The translations under genes and the position numbers were made by a program. Under the pieces are notes generated by a model. The model saw nothing but the letters and a program-made list of their open reading frames with translations. It was not told where the DNA came from and made no database searches. Of a stretch of 28,861 nucleotides of DNA, positions 17,280 to 26,564 are shown one piece after another (position 1 is the first letter of the stretch; every line of letters starts with the position of its first letter). The stretch is taken from positions 1-28,861 of the forward strand of contig JARKSN010000283.1 in NCBI GenBank assembly GCA_029974275.1. Direction: 5' to 3'. The DNA comes from Candidatus Hydrogenedentota bacterium (GTDB lineage: Bacteria > Hydrogenedentota > Hydrogenedentia > Hydrogenedentales > SLHB01).

Positions 17280-17444
17280 ATGACCGCTAGGGCTCAGGCC
17301 AAAGGATCGAAAGCTCAAAGTCAGTATGCGAGTGCGATCGAAAACCTCGAGATGATCCTGAGGAGCCAACCCGTGGTCACGCGCTGGCGGCCTTGGAAAT
17401 TGGCGTCGGCGCTAGCGCGCTTAATATCGGCTCTAAAACCTTGA
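17280..17444 (+). CDS. Possible small hypothetical protein (54 aa)
   Basis: MTARAQAKGSKAQSQYASAIENLEMILRSQPVVTRWRPWKLASALARLISALKP fills an otherwise empty gap. No clear ribosome-binding site. Confidence 0.3.
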   Translation: MTARAQAKGSKAQSQYASAIENLEMILRSQPVVTRWRPWKLASALARLISALKP

Positions 17445-17525
17445 CCTTTTTGCGCGCGAGCGGCCCGCTATACTCTTGGAAACATGAGGCTGGCAACCAA
17501 GACGCGGGTTTTGAAGCGGTTGCGG

Positions 17526-18194
17526 TCAGCCGTTCAAGCGGTACCCGGCGCCCCGAACTGTCTTGATGACATCGCGCACGCCGGCTGCATCAAGTTTTCT
17601 TCTGAGGCGACTAATCGCATGCTCGACGGCCGCAGGAGCAATTTCGTCGCCGCCCATTTGGTCGAGCAGCGATTCGCGACTGAATACGCGCGCTGGTGCT
17701 TTCAGGAAAACGGACAACAAGACGATATCCTGGGCCGTTAAATCGATCCCATGACCATCGACCAACGCTTCATGGCGCGTCAGGTCCAGTACCAGGCGAC
17801 CAAAGGAAAGTGTCCGGGGCAGCGGTTGCTTCGGGCGTCTGAGCAGCGCTCGCGCCCGGGCAAGAAACTCCTCGATCGCGAATGGCTTGGTCATGTAGTC
17901 GTCCGCGCCAGAGTCGAGCCCCTGCACGCGATCACCCGTCGCGCCGAGAGCGGTCAGAAACATCGCAGGCGCGATAACCCCTCGCAAACGGAGCATCTTG
18001 AGAACACTCAAACCGTCCAGGCCTGGAAGATTCCGATCAAGTACCAGCAAGTCGAAATCACGTGTGAGGGCGAGCTGCAGCGCCTCTTCACCGTTGCTCA
18101 CGCCGTAAGCTAAGAACGTGTCCTGTTTGAGTCCCGCGAGGATAAACGCCCTCAGCAGGTCATCGTCTTCGGCAACTAGGATGGATCCATTCAA
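17526..18194 (-). CDS. OmpR/PhoB-family DNA-binding response regulator
   Basis: ILVAEDD, LVLDRNLPGLDG, FLTA, GADDYMTKPF, and winged helix VFSRESLL...ISRLRRKL...IKTVRGAGYRL. Probable TTG start at 18194. Confidence 0.93.
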   Translation of the reverse strand: MNGSILVAEDDDLLRAFILAGLKQDTFLAYGVSNGEEALQLALTRDFDLLVLDRNLPGLDGLSVLKMLRLRGVIAPAMFLTALGATGDRVQGLDSGADDYMTKPFAIEEFLARARALLRRPKQPLPRTLSFGRLVLDLTRHEALVDGHGIDLTAQDIVLLSVFLKAPARVFSRESLLDQMGGDEIAPAAVEHAISRLRRKLDAAGVRDVIKTVRGAGYRLNG

Positions 18195-18392
18195 ATTTTG
18201 ATCCCAACGACGGGCTGAGAGGCGTTTGCGAGCATAGCGCGTCAGATTGGCGACAGACAACGCTCGGGATGGCCAATCAGCCCCTAGCCCCGGCCAACCC
18301 AGCGTCGTCTTTGTTGAGTACGAGTTATCGTCGGGGAAACGCCGCGTCGCCGGCCGCACCATCGTGATGCGGCCGGCGTTCGTCGTTAGGAG

Positions 18393-21300
18393 CTATGCTG
18401 CGCGGACCATGCTCTCGACGGCCCTGAGCAGCGGTTCGAAGCTTTGAGAATCTGGGGCTCTTCCCGCCGATATCGCGCTTTCGATCACTTGCGCCGCCTG
18501 GCCGGCTTCGACATAGCCAAACGTCCCAGCAGTTCCCGCAAAGCGATGAACCAGGGCGAACAACTCCTGCGAGACCACGCCCTCTTCGCTCGCGACTAGC
18601 TCGTTCATTCGTTGCAAATCGTCGCGACTGCGGAGAAGAAACCGACTGCGCAACGAGGCCATTACATCCAGTTGACCTGACGCGTCCGATTTGGCGTCGG
18701 TCCTCGCTTGCGCCCATTTGGTGATCATGACCGGGAGGCTTTCCGCGGTGATCGGCTTGGGTAGGTAGTCGTCCATTCCGGCTTCCCGGCACGCCGCGAT
18801 CTGGTCCGGCAACGCCTGAGCTGTCATGGCGACAATGGGAAGGTTGCTACGGTTAGGGATCGCGCGAATCAGGCGAGTTGCCGTCAGCCCGTCCATGCGA
18901 GGCATCTGCACGTCCATAAAGACGATGTCGTAGTGTTGAGTCTGAACAAGCGCTGTCGCCTCCTGCCCATCGGACGCCAGATCAACCAGATGTCCTGACG
19001 TCGCCAGAAAAGCTGCCGCGAGTTCCCGGTTGAGGTCGACATCATCCACAACAAGGACCCGCAGTTTTTTGCCGGGAGCGACAACAGCTGGCGGCGCGTC
19101 ACCGAGCGGTCTTGGGATCTCCGTGGAGCGCGCAATAGGCAGATTCAGCTCGACCCAGAATGTCGTCCCCTCCCCGAGGAGAGATTCAACGCCGATCTGC
19201 CCCTTCATCAGGTCAACAAGGCCTTTTGTGATCGCTAATCCCAAGCCGCTTCCGCCAAAACGTCTGTTGATCGAGGAGTCGATCTGCGAGAATCGAACAA
19301 AAAGTTGATCCAGACGATCTCTGGGAATTCCGATGCCGGTATCGCGCACCGTGATCCGGAATGCTTGATAATCCCGAACGGATGGAAGTGTGTGAACCGA
19401 AATCGCAACGCTGCCCTGATCCGTGAATTTTACGGCATTGCCGATCAGGTTCAGGAGAATCTGGGTCAGTCTCGTGTCATCGCCCACCAGATATGGCGCG
19501 AGGGTTTCGTCCAGTCGCGTTTCCAGTCGAAGGTTTTTTGCATCAGCTTGCAAGGTGAGCGAGTCCACGCAACGGCAGATTGTCTCGCCGACCGAAAACG
19601 GTCGTTGCTCAAGGCGGATACGGCCTTCGTCCAGAGTGGAAAAATCAAGAATGTCATTGACGACCGTCAGCAGGCTGCGGCGCGACATTGCAACGAGATC
19701 AACATGCCTTCGCTCGGCTTGCGGCAGCGCGGCGCTTCCGGCCAGCAGTTGCGTGAACCCGATAATGCTGTTGAGAGGTGTCCGCAGTTCATGGCTCATA
19801 TTTGCGAGAAATTCCGCCTTAGCCTCCGCCGCCGCCTCTGCCGCCACACGAGCCTCGGCCAGCGCTTGCTCCAGCTCCTTCCGCGCTGTCACGTCGCGAG
19901 CCGAGTCCTGAATCTCGCTCGGCCTCCCCGCTTCGTCGAAAAGAATTTTGGGAATTCCTTCCAGCCAGATGATCCGGCCATCCTTGCGTCGCGCGCGAAA
20001 CGTGTACGGCCGTGGCGGTGCGTTCGGGCCGTCGGAGATGAGTTTCGCAAAAAAGCCCTCCACGTCCTCCAAATCTTCACGGTGGGTATGAGCCATGGTC
20101 GTTGTGCCCAGCATTTCCTCTTGGCTAAATCCCATGACCGTTTCACAACTGGGACTGACAAAACGAATGACGCCGTTCATGTCCATGCGCGCAACCATGT
20201 CACGCGACGTTTCCGCTATGGCTCGGAATCTGTGCTCGCTCGCGCGGGGTGCTTCGGTTGCGGTGTGCGCCGCCAGGTTGGCGTCCCGAAGCTCATCCTC
20301 GAGCTGACGCCTTGTCGTCACGTCGCGATAAGTGGTCACGACTTCAACTGGAGCCCCGTCGGCATCGCGAATGATACTTGGGTTACCTTCCAGCCAGAGG
20401 ACGGCTCCATCAGTGCGCGGAACACGAAATTCCCTGCGAATTGACCGATCCGGTTCGGCGCCGCTGAACAGATCTTCCAATGTCTTGATGGCGAACGCGC
20501 GATCTTCCGGCGCTGCGAAATCGATCGTCGAGCGCCCTACCGCCTGTTCGGGTGTGATGCCGAGGATCCCGCAAGCGGGCGACGCGTAGGAGATAATTCC
20601 GCCCTTGCCCAACCTGACAACGATGTCGGTTGAATAATCAGCTAGCGCTCGATAACGATTTTCGCTTGCGCGTGCTTCAACTCCTGCACGCTCAGCTTCT
20701 TCTCTTGCCGCACGCAGCGACGCGCTTGCGCGCGCGCGTTCGGCCAGCGCCATTGCAACCGGAAGTGACGTTAGGGTCATGACCGCCAAAAAGCCCTGAA
20801 GCACGAGAACGCGGTCGGTCTCGGACCCAGGGATCAACTGAGTAGGCCCGTAGCCAACAACGGATGCCCAGATGGCTACGCAAGCGGTTACAAGTATGGA
20901 CATCGCCGTGGCGGTAAGTCCGCCACGGAAAGTCGCGAGAATCACGACTGGGTAAACCAGAAACAGCAGTGGATAGCTTCGCTGGCCAAAGACGGCAAAA
21001 AGAACCGTCACGAGAATGGCGACGCCAAGTCCCCACTCCGTGAAAGACCTGCGCGGAAACACTCCTTCGGCGCGTGTAGAACCGACTACCAGAAGGGCTG
21101 GCGTAAAAATCAGCATCCCTAATGCGTCAGCGGCAAACCAGACGCCCAACGTCTCTAAAAAAGTAGCCTTAGTGGTCAGGACGCAGGCTGCGATTGCGGC
21201 GGATGCCGCTGGCGCGATCCCGCCAGCAATAAATACGAAGCGAAGAAGTGAGTGCGGGCGTGAGATATCGAACGTCGCGCCCTTGGGGCGGAGGAAATAA

Positions 21301-21644
21301 ATACAGACTGCCATTTCGACGACGTTAGCGAGCGTAAGGGCCAGGCCGTTGAAGACCGTGTCGCCCATAGCGAGATCAACGGCCACATTACTGGCGGCGC
21401 CGATGGCAATCACGACCGCGGGAGATGCGCCTGGCCAGCGAAGGATGATCGCAAGCAGGAGCGCATTCAGAGGCCAAATGGACGCCACACGGCCTGCGTC
21501 CTGCGTGAACTGATGACTTAGAAAAACAACCCCTGCCGACAGACCTGCAAGACACAGGGCAGAAGCAACTGTGCCTGCGCTGATCTCCATGGCGCCAAAC
21601 CATGGAGTTTGGGGGCGTGAAGCGTCCTGATTAAAATTCCGCAT
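18393..21644 (-). CDS. Hybrid sensor histidine kinase MASE1-PAS-PAS-HisKA-HATPase-REC-HPt
   Basis: MASE1 (ASIWPLNALL, WFAADALGMLIFTP), two PAS domains ending RDVT, H-box FLANMSHELRTPL, NLIGNAVKFT, DTGIGI, GGSGLGL, REC VVDD/FMDVQMP/KP, HPt VHRFAGTAGTFG. Start uncertain (21590-21722). Confidence 0.93.
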   Translation of the reverse strand: MRNFNQDASRPQTPWFGAMEISAGTVASALCLAGLSAGVVFLSHQFTQDAGRVASIWPLNALLLAIILRWPGASPAVVIAIGAASNVAVDLAMGDTVFNGLALTLANVVEMAVCIYFLRPKGATFDISRPHSLLRFVFIAGGIAPAASAAIAACVLTTKATFLETLGVWFAADALGMLIFTPALLVVGSTRAEGVFPRRSFTEWGLGVAILVTVLFAVFGQRSYPLLFLVYPVVILATFRGGLTATAMSILVTACVAIWASVVGYGPTQLIPGSETDRVLVLQGFLAVMTLTSLPVAMALAERARASASLRAAREEAERAGVEARASENRYRALADYSTDIVVRLGKGGIISYASPACGILGITPEQAVGRSTIDFAAPEDRAFAIKTLEDLFSGAEPDRSIRREFRVPRTDGAVLWLEGNPSIIRDADGAPVEVVTTYRDVTTRRQLEDELRDANLAAHTATEAPRASEHRFRAIAETSRDMVARMDMNGVIRFVSPSCETVMGFSQEEMLGTTTMAHTHREDLEDVEGFFAKLISDGPNAPPRPYTFRARRKDGRIIWLEGIPKILFDEAGRPSEIQDSARDVTARKELEQALAEARVAAEAAAEAKAEFLANMSHELRTPLNSIIGFTQLLAGSAALPQAERRHVDLVAMSRRSLLTVVNDILDFSTLDEGRIRLEQRPFSVGETICRCVDSLTLQADAKNLRLETRLDETLAPYLVGDDTRLTQILLNLIGNAVKFTDQGSVAISVHTLPSVRDYQAFRITVRDTGIGIPRDRLDQLFVRFSQIDSSINRRFGGSGLGLAITKGLVDLMKGQIGVESLLGEGTTFWVELNLPIARSTEIPRPLGDAPPAVVAPGKKLRVLVVDDVDLNRELAAAFLATSGHLVDLASDGQEATALVQTQHYDIVFMDVQMPRMDGLTATRLIRAIPNRSNLPIVAMTAQALPDQIAACREAGMDDYLPKPITAESLPVMITKWAQARTDAKSDASGQLDVMASLRSRFLLRSRDDLQRMNELVASEEGVVSQELFALVHRFAGTAGTFGYVEAGQAAQVIESAISAGRAPDSQSFEPLLRAVESMVRAA

Positions 21645-21859
21645 GCGTGCGATCCGGCTATCTCTGTCAAACTGTATCAATTTGCACCGCACGACTACCG
21701 GCCTGCCCTGAGCGAGCTTCACAATTGATCATGAGCTCGCGGGTGGATCGCCGCTACGAGTCGAGAACTCGCTCTCGCCGCCGGGGCCACTTAAGAGGGC
21801 CCCGCCAGGACCAGCAGGCGGCGTTCCGCCAATCGGAACGTGTCGCGCTTGCCGGCGGC

Positions 21860-22226
21860 GCTGAAACGCAACCGCAACTCTTTAACGCAGATGGCCAGGA
21901 TCACATGGCTTTGCGACCTAGCCCTCAACTTTAAATTCTCGCGCCCTCGCGAAGTCGGCTTCGGACCGCAACGCCGTGAGCATTATTACAGGAATTCGCC
22001 TGAGAATCGGATCTGCCTTGAGAGCCACGAGAACTCCGAAGCCATCGAGCACCGGCATGTTTGCGTCGAGAAGAACTAGGTCAGGAACGCGTTTCTCGAT
22101 CACCCGGAGCGCCTCTCTGCCGTCGTGCGCCACTCTGGTTTCGTCACCGTCCGGCTGGAGAACCGCCACCGCAAGCTCAGCAAGCAGGACGTCGTCATCC
22201 ACGACGAGAATGTAGCCGCGGCTCAT
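21860..22226 (-). pseudogene. Single-domain response regulator with two in-frame stops
   Basis: MSRGYILVVDDD...LLDANMPVLDG...IMLTA...FKVEG*VAKPCDPGHLR*RVAVAF. TAG (21918-21920) sits where the conserved aromatic residue before KP belongs; a second stop TAA is at 21882-21884. End approximate. Confidence 0.82.
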
Positions 22227-22354
22227 GCGACCGCTCTCAACTTTCTCCAGGATACTGCGCCCCCTAACTGAACGAAGAAATAAGCACGCGAATCTCGCAG
22301 TTTGCTCGCAGAATTGAGAGCGGCGCTGCAAGCGTTTTTTCACGCCGCTGTGAG

Positions 22355-22783
22355 ATGGATGCGCTTGATCACGAGAGCCTCGCCATGCCGAACAAAACGA
22401 ATCCGACCAATCGCGTCATACTCGTAGCAGACGATGACCCGCTGCTAGTCATGCTGCTTGAGCATCACCTGTCAGCGGCTGGATATCGCGTGGTCTCCGC
22501 CCCTGATGGCGAGGCCGCCCTCGCGCTGCTCGACTTGGAATCACCTGATGCGATGATTCTCGATCAGATGATGCCCGTGATGGGCGGTCTTGAGGTGCTG
22601 CGTCACCTTCATGCTGAATCTCAGTTACAGCAACTCAAAGTTCTGATGCTGACGACCCTGAAGGGCGAAGATCATGTCATCGGCGCCCTGCGATTGGGCG
22701 CGTCTGATTTTCTCACCAAGCCTTTCAGCCCTAATGAGCTTGTCGCGAGGATCGAAAGACTCGTTCCGCGGGCGGCGGCATGA
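22355..22783 (+). CDS. Single-domain (CheY-like) response regulator
   Basis: ILVADDD, ILDQMMPVMGG, LMLTT, GASDFLTKPF, no output domain. ATGA overlap with the next gene. Alternative start at 22385. Confidence 0.92.
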   Translation: MDALDHESLAMPNKTNPTNRVILVADDDPLLVMLLEHHLSAAGYRVVSAPDGEAALALLDLESPDAMILDQMMPVMGGLEVLRHLHAESQLQQLKVLMLTTLKGEDHVIGALRLGASDFLTKPFSPNELVARIERLVPRAAA

Positions 22784-23535
22784 ACGACCTGCTCAAACTG
22801 TCTGCGCTAGTCGCCATCTACTCAGTCTGCGCGCAAGGAGCATCGGCCGATCCGGCTTTACGGATTGATGCTGGCGTCAGCCAGAGCAGGCTGTCGGGCG
22901 GATTGCAGGACTGGCGCGAGACTTTCGTCGCCATCTCGCGCCCGTTCAAGGACGGATGGGCGACGGCCTTGAAGGTCGAGGAACAGGAACGCTTCGGAAA
23001 GCATGATCTTTATTCGGAACTGAGAATCGATCGAACACTGCCGCACGGATCGTTCTACCTTGCGGCCGGTGGGGCGACTGAAGCGGACTTCCGGCCTGAA
23101 TTCGGCCTGAAGGTGGGCGGCGCGATGGACCTGGCGGCTCGGGCGGACGTAACGCGCCTGACGCTGGATGCTGACGCATCGCGGTTCGCTTCGGGCGATA
23201 TCTATGCACTGAAGATTGGTCTCGATCATCTCTTCACTGCTGAAGGTCTGCGAGGAGGCCTCCAGGCTGTCGCCGTGGGTGAGCGCGGCGGGCCGGCGCT
23301 GATGGGCTTTGTTCTTCGCGCCGACATACCCCTGGCGCCACAGATCCATGCCCGGATCGCCTATGTTGAAGCGCCGGAGACGACAGAGGGAATCGTCACA
23401 CGTGTTCAGGGATGGACAGCCGGCGTTCGTTTCGATGCGAGCGACACACTGCTCTTTCGACTCGACTTAACCCGCGAGGATCGAGGCCCGTATGATCGGG
23501 AAGAGGTGTCGGCTGGCGCGGCATACAGATTTTGA
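22780..23535 (+). CDS. YaiO-like outer-membrane beta-barrel protein
   Basis: Signal peptide ending ASA, amphipathic beta strands, motifs SRLSGGLQDWRE, ERFGKHD, ADFRPE, and C-terminal AAYRF beta signal. Family assigned from recognition and gene context. Confidence 0.75.
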   Translation: MNDLLKLSALVAIYSVCAQGASADPALRIDAGVSQSRLSGGLQDWRETFVAISRPFKDGWATALKVEEQERFGKHDLYSELRIDRTLPHGSFYLAAGGATEADFRPEFGLKVGGAMDLAARADVTRLTLDADASRFASGDIYALKIGLDHLFTAEGLRGGLQAVAVGERGGPALMGFVLRADIPLAPQIHARIAYVEAPETTEGIVTRVQGWTAGVRFDASDTLLFRLDLTREDRGPYDREEVSAGAAYRF

Positions 23536-23536
23536 C

Positions 23537-24511
23537 ATGAACCTGCTCAGCTTCCTCTGGACTCTGTCCGTGTCGCTCGCGTCTGTGTCCTTTTTTGGCC
23601 TGGCGATGATACTGATCGCGCGGCCCTTTGGAGCATGGCGCGACAGGCGCATCGCCCGCGCCAGAGCCGGCATTCTTCAAGTCCTGATGAAGTCGAGCAT
23701 ATCAACGCGCGTTCTTCGGCGGAGCGTTAGGCGAGCAGCAAGGCTCGACGCGCTTGCGCCATTGGTTCTCGAGGTGCTTGGGTTGGTTCGCGGCGAGACC
23801 CGGAAGGATTTTGTCGAAGATCTTACCAGAGCGGGAACCGCGGAGGCCCTGCGCCGGCGCCTGCAGGATGGCAAACCGCAGGATCGTCAATGCGCAGCAG
23901 AGGCTCTCGCCGCTTTTGCGCCCGGCGAGTCGGAGGCCGCGCTTCAGCAAGCGTGGTGGGACTCGCATCCGGACGTGCGCTTCGCAGCCATGCGTGCCTC
24001 GATCCTGATCGGAGCGCCACCCGCCTTTTCCGACATACTGGCCATTGCGGGGAATGCCGCGCCGCGCAACCGCGCGCGGGCTCTCGCACTAACCAAACTG
24101 ATGGCGGAAAAATTCCCACGCAACGGCCGGCATATTCTGGTGCTCGCCGACACTCCAATCGCAACGCGCGTCGCCATCATAGAGGGGCTTGCCGCCAACC
24201 TGGATCAGGGGGCATTCGATGCGCTAATTGCGATCGCAGATGACGCGGCGCCTCAAGTCCGAGCAGCCTGTATTGCCGCCATTGCACAACGACCCGGAGT
24301 GGCGAGCGATGAGCTTGTCATGCGAGGATTGGGCGATGCCGACTGGACTGTTCGTGCGAGCGCCGCTTTGGCGGCCGGCCGGGTTCGGCTCGCTAGGGCG
24401 GAACCAGAATTGCGCGCACTGCGGCATGACGAGCATTGGTGGGTCCGCCTGCGCGCGAGCGAAGCACTCCTGGTCCTGGAGTCGGCGGACCGAGACACGG
24501 TCGCAGCATGA
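23537..24511 (+). CDS. HEAT-repeat protein with N-terminal membrane anchor
   Basis: N-terminal hydrophobic helix followed by a basic stretch; repeats DSHPDVRFAA, DAAPQVRAAC, DADWTVRASAA, DEHWWVRLRAS. Starts 1 bp after the upstream stop. Confidence 0.88.
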   Translation: MNLLSFLWTLSVSLASVSFFGLAMILIARPFGAWRDRRIARARAGILQVLMKSSISTRVLRRSVRRAARLDALAPLVLEVLGLVRGETRKDFVEDLTRAGTAEALRRRLQDGKPQDRQCAAEALAAFAPGESEAALQQAWWDSHPDVRFAAMRASILIGAPPAFSDILAIAGNAAPRNRARALALTKLMAEKFPRNGRHILVLADTPIATRVAIIEGLAANLDQGAFDALIAIADDAAPQVRAACIAAIAQRPGVASDELVMRGLGDADWTVRASAALAAGRVRLARAEPELRALRHDEHWWVRLRASEALLVLESADRDTVAA

Positions 24512-25926
24512 GCCCATTTCCGAACCTCGCACTGGCCGGTATCGAGTTAACCGCGTTGGCGCTTGTACTGCTTGCCAGCGTACAGAACGGACTGCACGTC
24601 GTGCAACTCGTCCTCGCGGCGCGCGCCCTGCGGGATGATCCGCCCCAACCGCGCTCCGAACTTGTCTGGCAACGCACTTCGGAAGAAGCACCCTCCATCA
24701 GCATCCTCGCCCCCGCTTACAACGAAGCAGAAACAATTGTCGAAAGCGTGCGGTCTCTGCTGCTGCAACAGTACCCGTCCTTCGAAGTCGTTGTCATCAA
24801 TGATGGATCCACTGACGGAACGCTCGAAGTTCTACGAGATGCGTTCGGGCTTGAACAGGTTCGACGCGATAGCGCAGCTACCCTTTCGCACACGCCCGTC
24901 CGAGGCCTGTTTACCTCGCGCCTGCAGCCTGCCCTACTTGTGATTGACAAGGAGAATGGCGGCAAAGCCGACGCGCTGAATGCGGGCCTTAATTACACCA
25001 AAAACGCAGTCTTCTGCTCGATGGATGCCGACTCGATTCTCGAACCGGACGCGCTGCTACGCGCCGTGCAGCCGTTTATCGCCGACCCGGAGCGTGTCAT
25101 CGCTGCGGGCGGAACCGTTCGAATTGCGAATGGATGTCTGGTCGCCGGTGGGCGCGTGAAGCGGTATCGACTTCCTCGAGACCCACTCGCCCTGCTTCAG
25201 ACCGTCGAGTACATGCGCGCGTTTCTCATGGCGCGATTGGCCTGGAGCCGTGTTGGAACACTTACGATCATTTCCGGCGCCTTCGGGTTGTTTCGTCGGA
25301 GCGCTGTCATCAAAGCGGGCGGCTATGCGCGCGGTCTGGTTGGAGAGGACATGGAACTTGTCCTGCGCCTGCACCGCCTCCAACGCGAGCAGAAGCGCGA
25401 GTACAAAATAGCCTTCGTTCCTGAGCCCGTTTGCTGGACGGAGGCTCCGGAAACCCTTAAATCGCTGTCTCGGCAGCGCAGACGATGGCAACGCGGATCA
25501 CTTGAGGCCTTCGCACTGCACCGGACCATGCTGTTCAACCCGCGCTATGGCCGCATAGGTTTCGCTGGACTGGGGGGCGTCCTGGTTGTCGATGTCCTCG
25601 GACCGGTCGCCGAGATTCTCGGATACCTATTGTTGCCTACATTCTGCTTGCTCGGAGTCTTATCGGTCGAATTCCTCTTGGCCTTTCTGGCGGTCAGCAT
25701 CGTTTTCGGCATCGCGGTCAGCGTCGGCGCCCTCGTACTGGAAGAGCAGCAACTGCGACGAGCGTCGCAGAGCCGTGACCTATTGGTCCTCGCCGCTTGG
25801 GCAGTTGTCGAGAATTTGGGATACAGGCAGCTCAACTCAGTGTGGCGGCTGATGGGCTGCTGGGACTGGCTGCGCGGCGGTCGCGGCTGGGGTGAAATGC
25901 AGCGCAAGGGCTTTGCCCGCGCCTGA
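24508..25926 (+). CDS. Processive membrane GT2 glycosyltransferase (PgaC/IcaA/NodC-like polysaccharide synthase)
   Basis: PAYNE, NDGSTD, KENGGKADALNAG, DADS, SGAFGLFR, GEDME and QRRRW motifs; N- and C-terminal TM helices; ATGA overlap with the HEAT gene. Confidence 0.92.
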   Translation: MSPFPNLALAGIELTALALVLLASVQNGLHVVQLVLAARALRDDPPQPRSELVWQRTSEEAPSISILAPAYNEAETIVESVRSLLLQQYPSFEVVVINDGSTDGTLEVLRDAFGLEQVRRDSAATLSHTPVRGLFTSRLQPALLVIDKENGGKADALNAGLNYTKNAVFCSMDADSILEPDALLRAVQPFIADPERVIAAGGTVRIANGCLVAGGRVKRYRLPRDPLALLQTVEYMRAFLMARLAWSRVGTLTIISGAFGLFRRSAVIKAGGYARGLVGEDMELVLRLHRLQREQKREYKIAFVPEPVCWTEAPETLKSLSRQRRRWQRGSLEAFALHRTMLFNPRYGRIGFAGLGGVLVVDVLGPVAEILGYLLLPTFCLLGVLSVEFLLAFLAVSIVFGIAVSVGALVLEEQQLRRASQSRDLLVLAAWAVVENLGYRQLNSVWRLMGCWDWLRGGRGWGEMQRKGFARA

Positions 25927-26149
25927 ATCGTGCCACAGGGTATACTACCAATCCGCCGCCGCCGGGTCTCTGCTCATTTGTTGGAGCTTCGCAGCGGATC
26001 CGTTACCGCAACTCGTAATTGTACCGGTAAGTCATGTTCTGGCGCGAAGGCCACCCCAATGTAGGCGTCCGGCCTGCCTGAGGGGCGCGCTCGGCTTCGC
26101 CGGCGTCCAAAGATGACCTCTATGCCGCCATGGCGTCAGCTGAATGGGC

Positions 26150-26360
26150 TATCGGTACCTGCGGGCCCAAGTCGACGTCCGGATCGCTGCCCGCACGTTG
26201 GAAATCTTCCTCAAGGGCGAGCGGATCGTAGCGCATCGCCGCGAAGGCACATGTGGCCGGCACAACACCCAGCTCGATCACATGCCGGAGAACCATCGCG
26301 CCTACGCCGACTGAACGATCGAGAGGGTCACGGCGGACGCCAACGCGATCGGCGGCTCGC
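26150..26360 (+). pseudogene. Relic of an IS21-family IstA C-terminal region (different from the element at 1-2106)
   Basis: Hand translation YRYLRAQVDVRIAARTLEIFLKGERIVAHRREGTCGRHNTQLDHMPENHRAYAD*TIERVTADANAIGGS. TGA at 26312-26314 sits where such proteins usually have Trp. Confidence 0.78.
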
Positions 26361-26521
26361 AAGACGGGCAAATCATGTCTTGGCACGAGCGCCGAAGCTT
26401 ACCGCGCTACTCCGCAAGACTTGGATGCCAGAAAATCTCCCTTCTCACGATTTTTGAACCGGCGCTGGTTGACACTCGACCGACTAGACGCTCGTGAAAA
26501 CTGAGAGTTTGGCGCCTGGTG

Positions 26522-26529
26522 TTAACCAT
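26522..26529 (+). promoter_or_regulatory. TTAACCAT, candidate CtrA half-site
   Basis: Exact 8-mer known as a CtrA-associated motif in Caulobacter, 35 bp upstream of the kinase start. A single occurrence only. Confidence 0.35.
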
Positions 26530-26564
26530 TCCGGTGCAGCCTCATCCTCAAAAAAGGAATTGAC

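Noticed and set aside
18195..18362. 56-codon N-terminal extension on the OmpR regulator
   Set aside because: No domain character; the receiver fold begins right after TTG 18194.
19305..20444. 379-aa plus-strand ORF and many similar overlapping ORFs across the window
   Set aside because: They lie antisense or out of frame within well-supported genes and have Arg/Pro/Ala-rich, non-coding-like composition.
21882..21920. Programmed stop-codon readthrough in the receiver gene
   Set aside because: Two different stops (TAG and TAA), and other genes here end at these codons; decay is the simpler explanation.
25927..26149. Possible IS end (TGTACCGGTAAG...) or ncRNA after the GT2 gene
   Set aside because: No partner inverted repeat or convincing structure found in the window.
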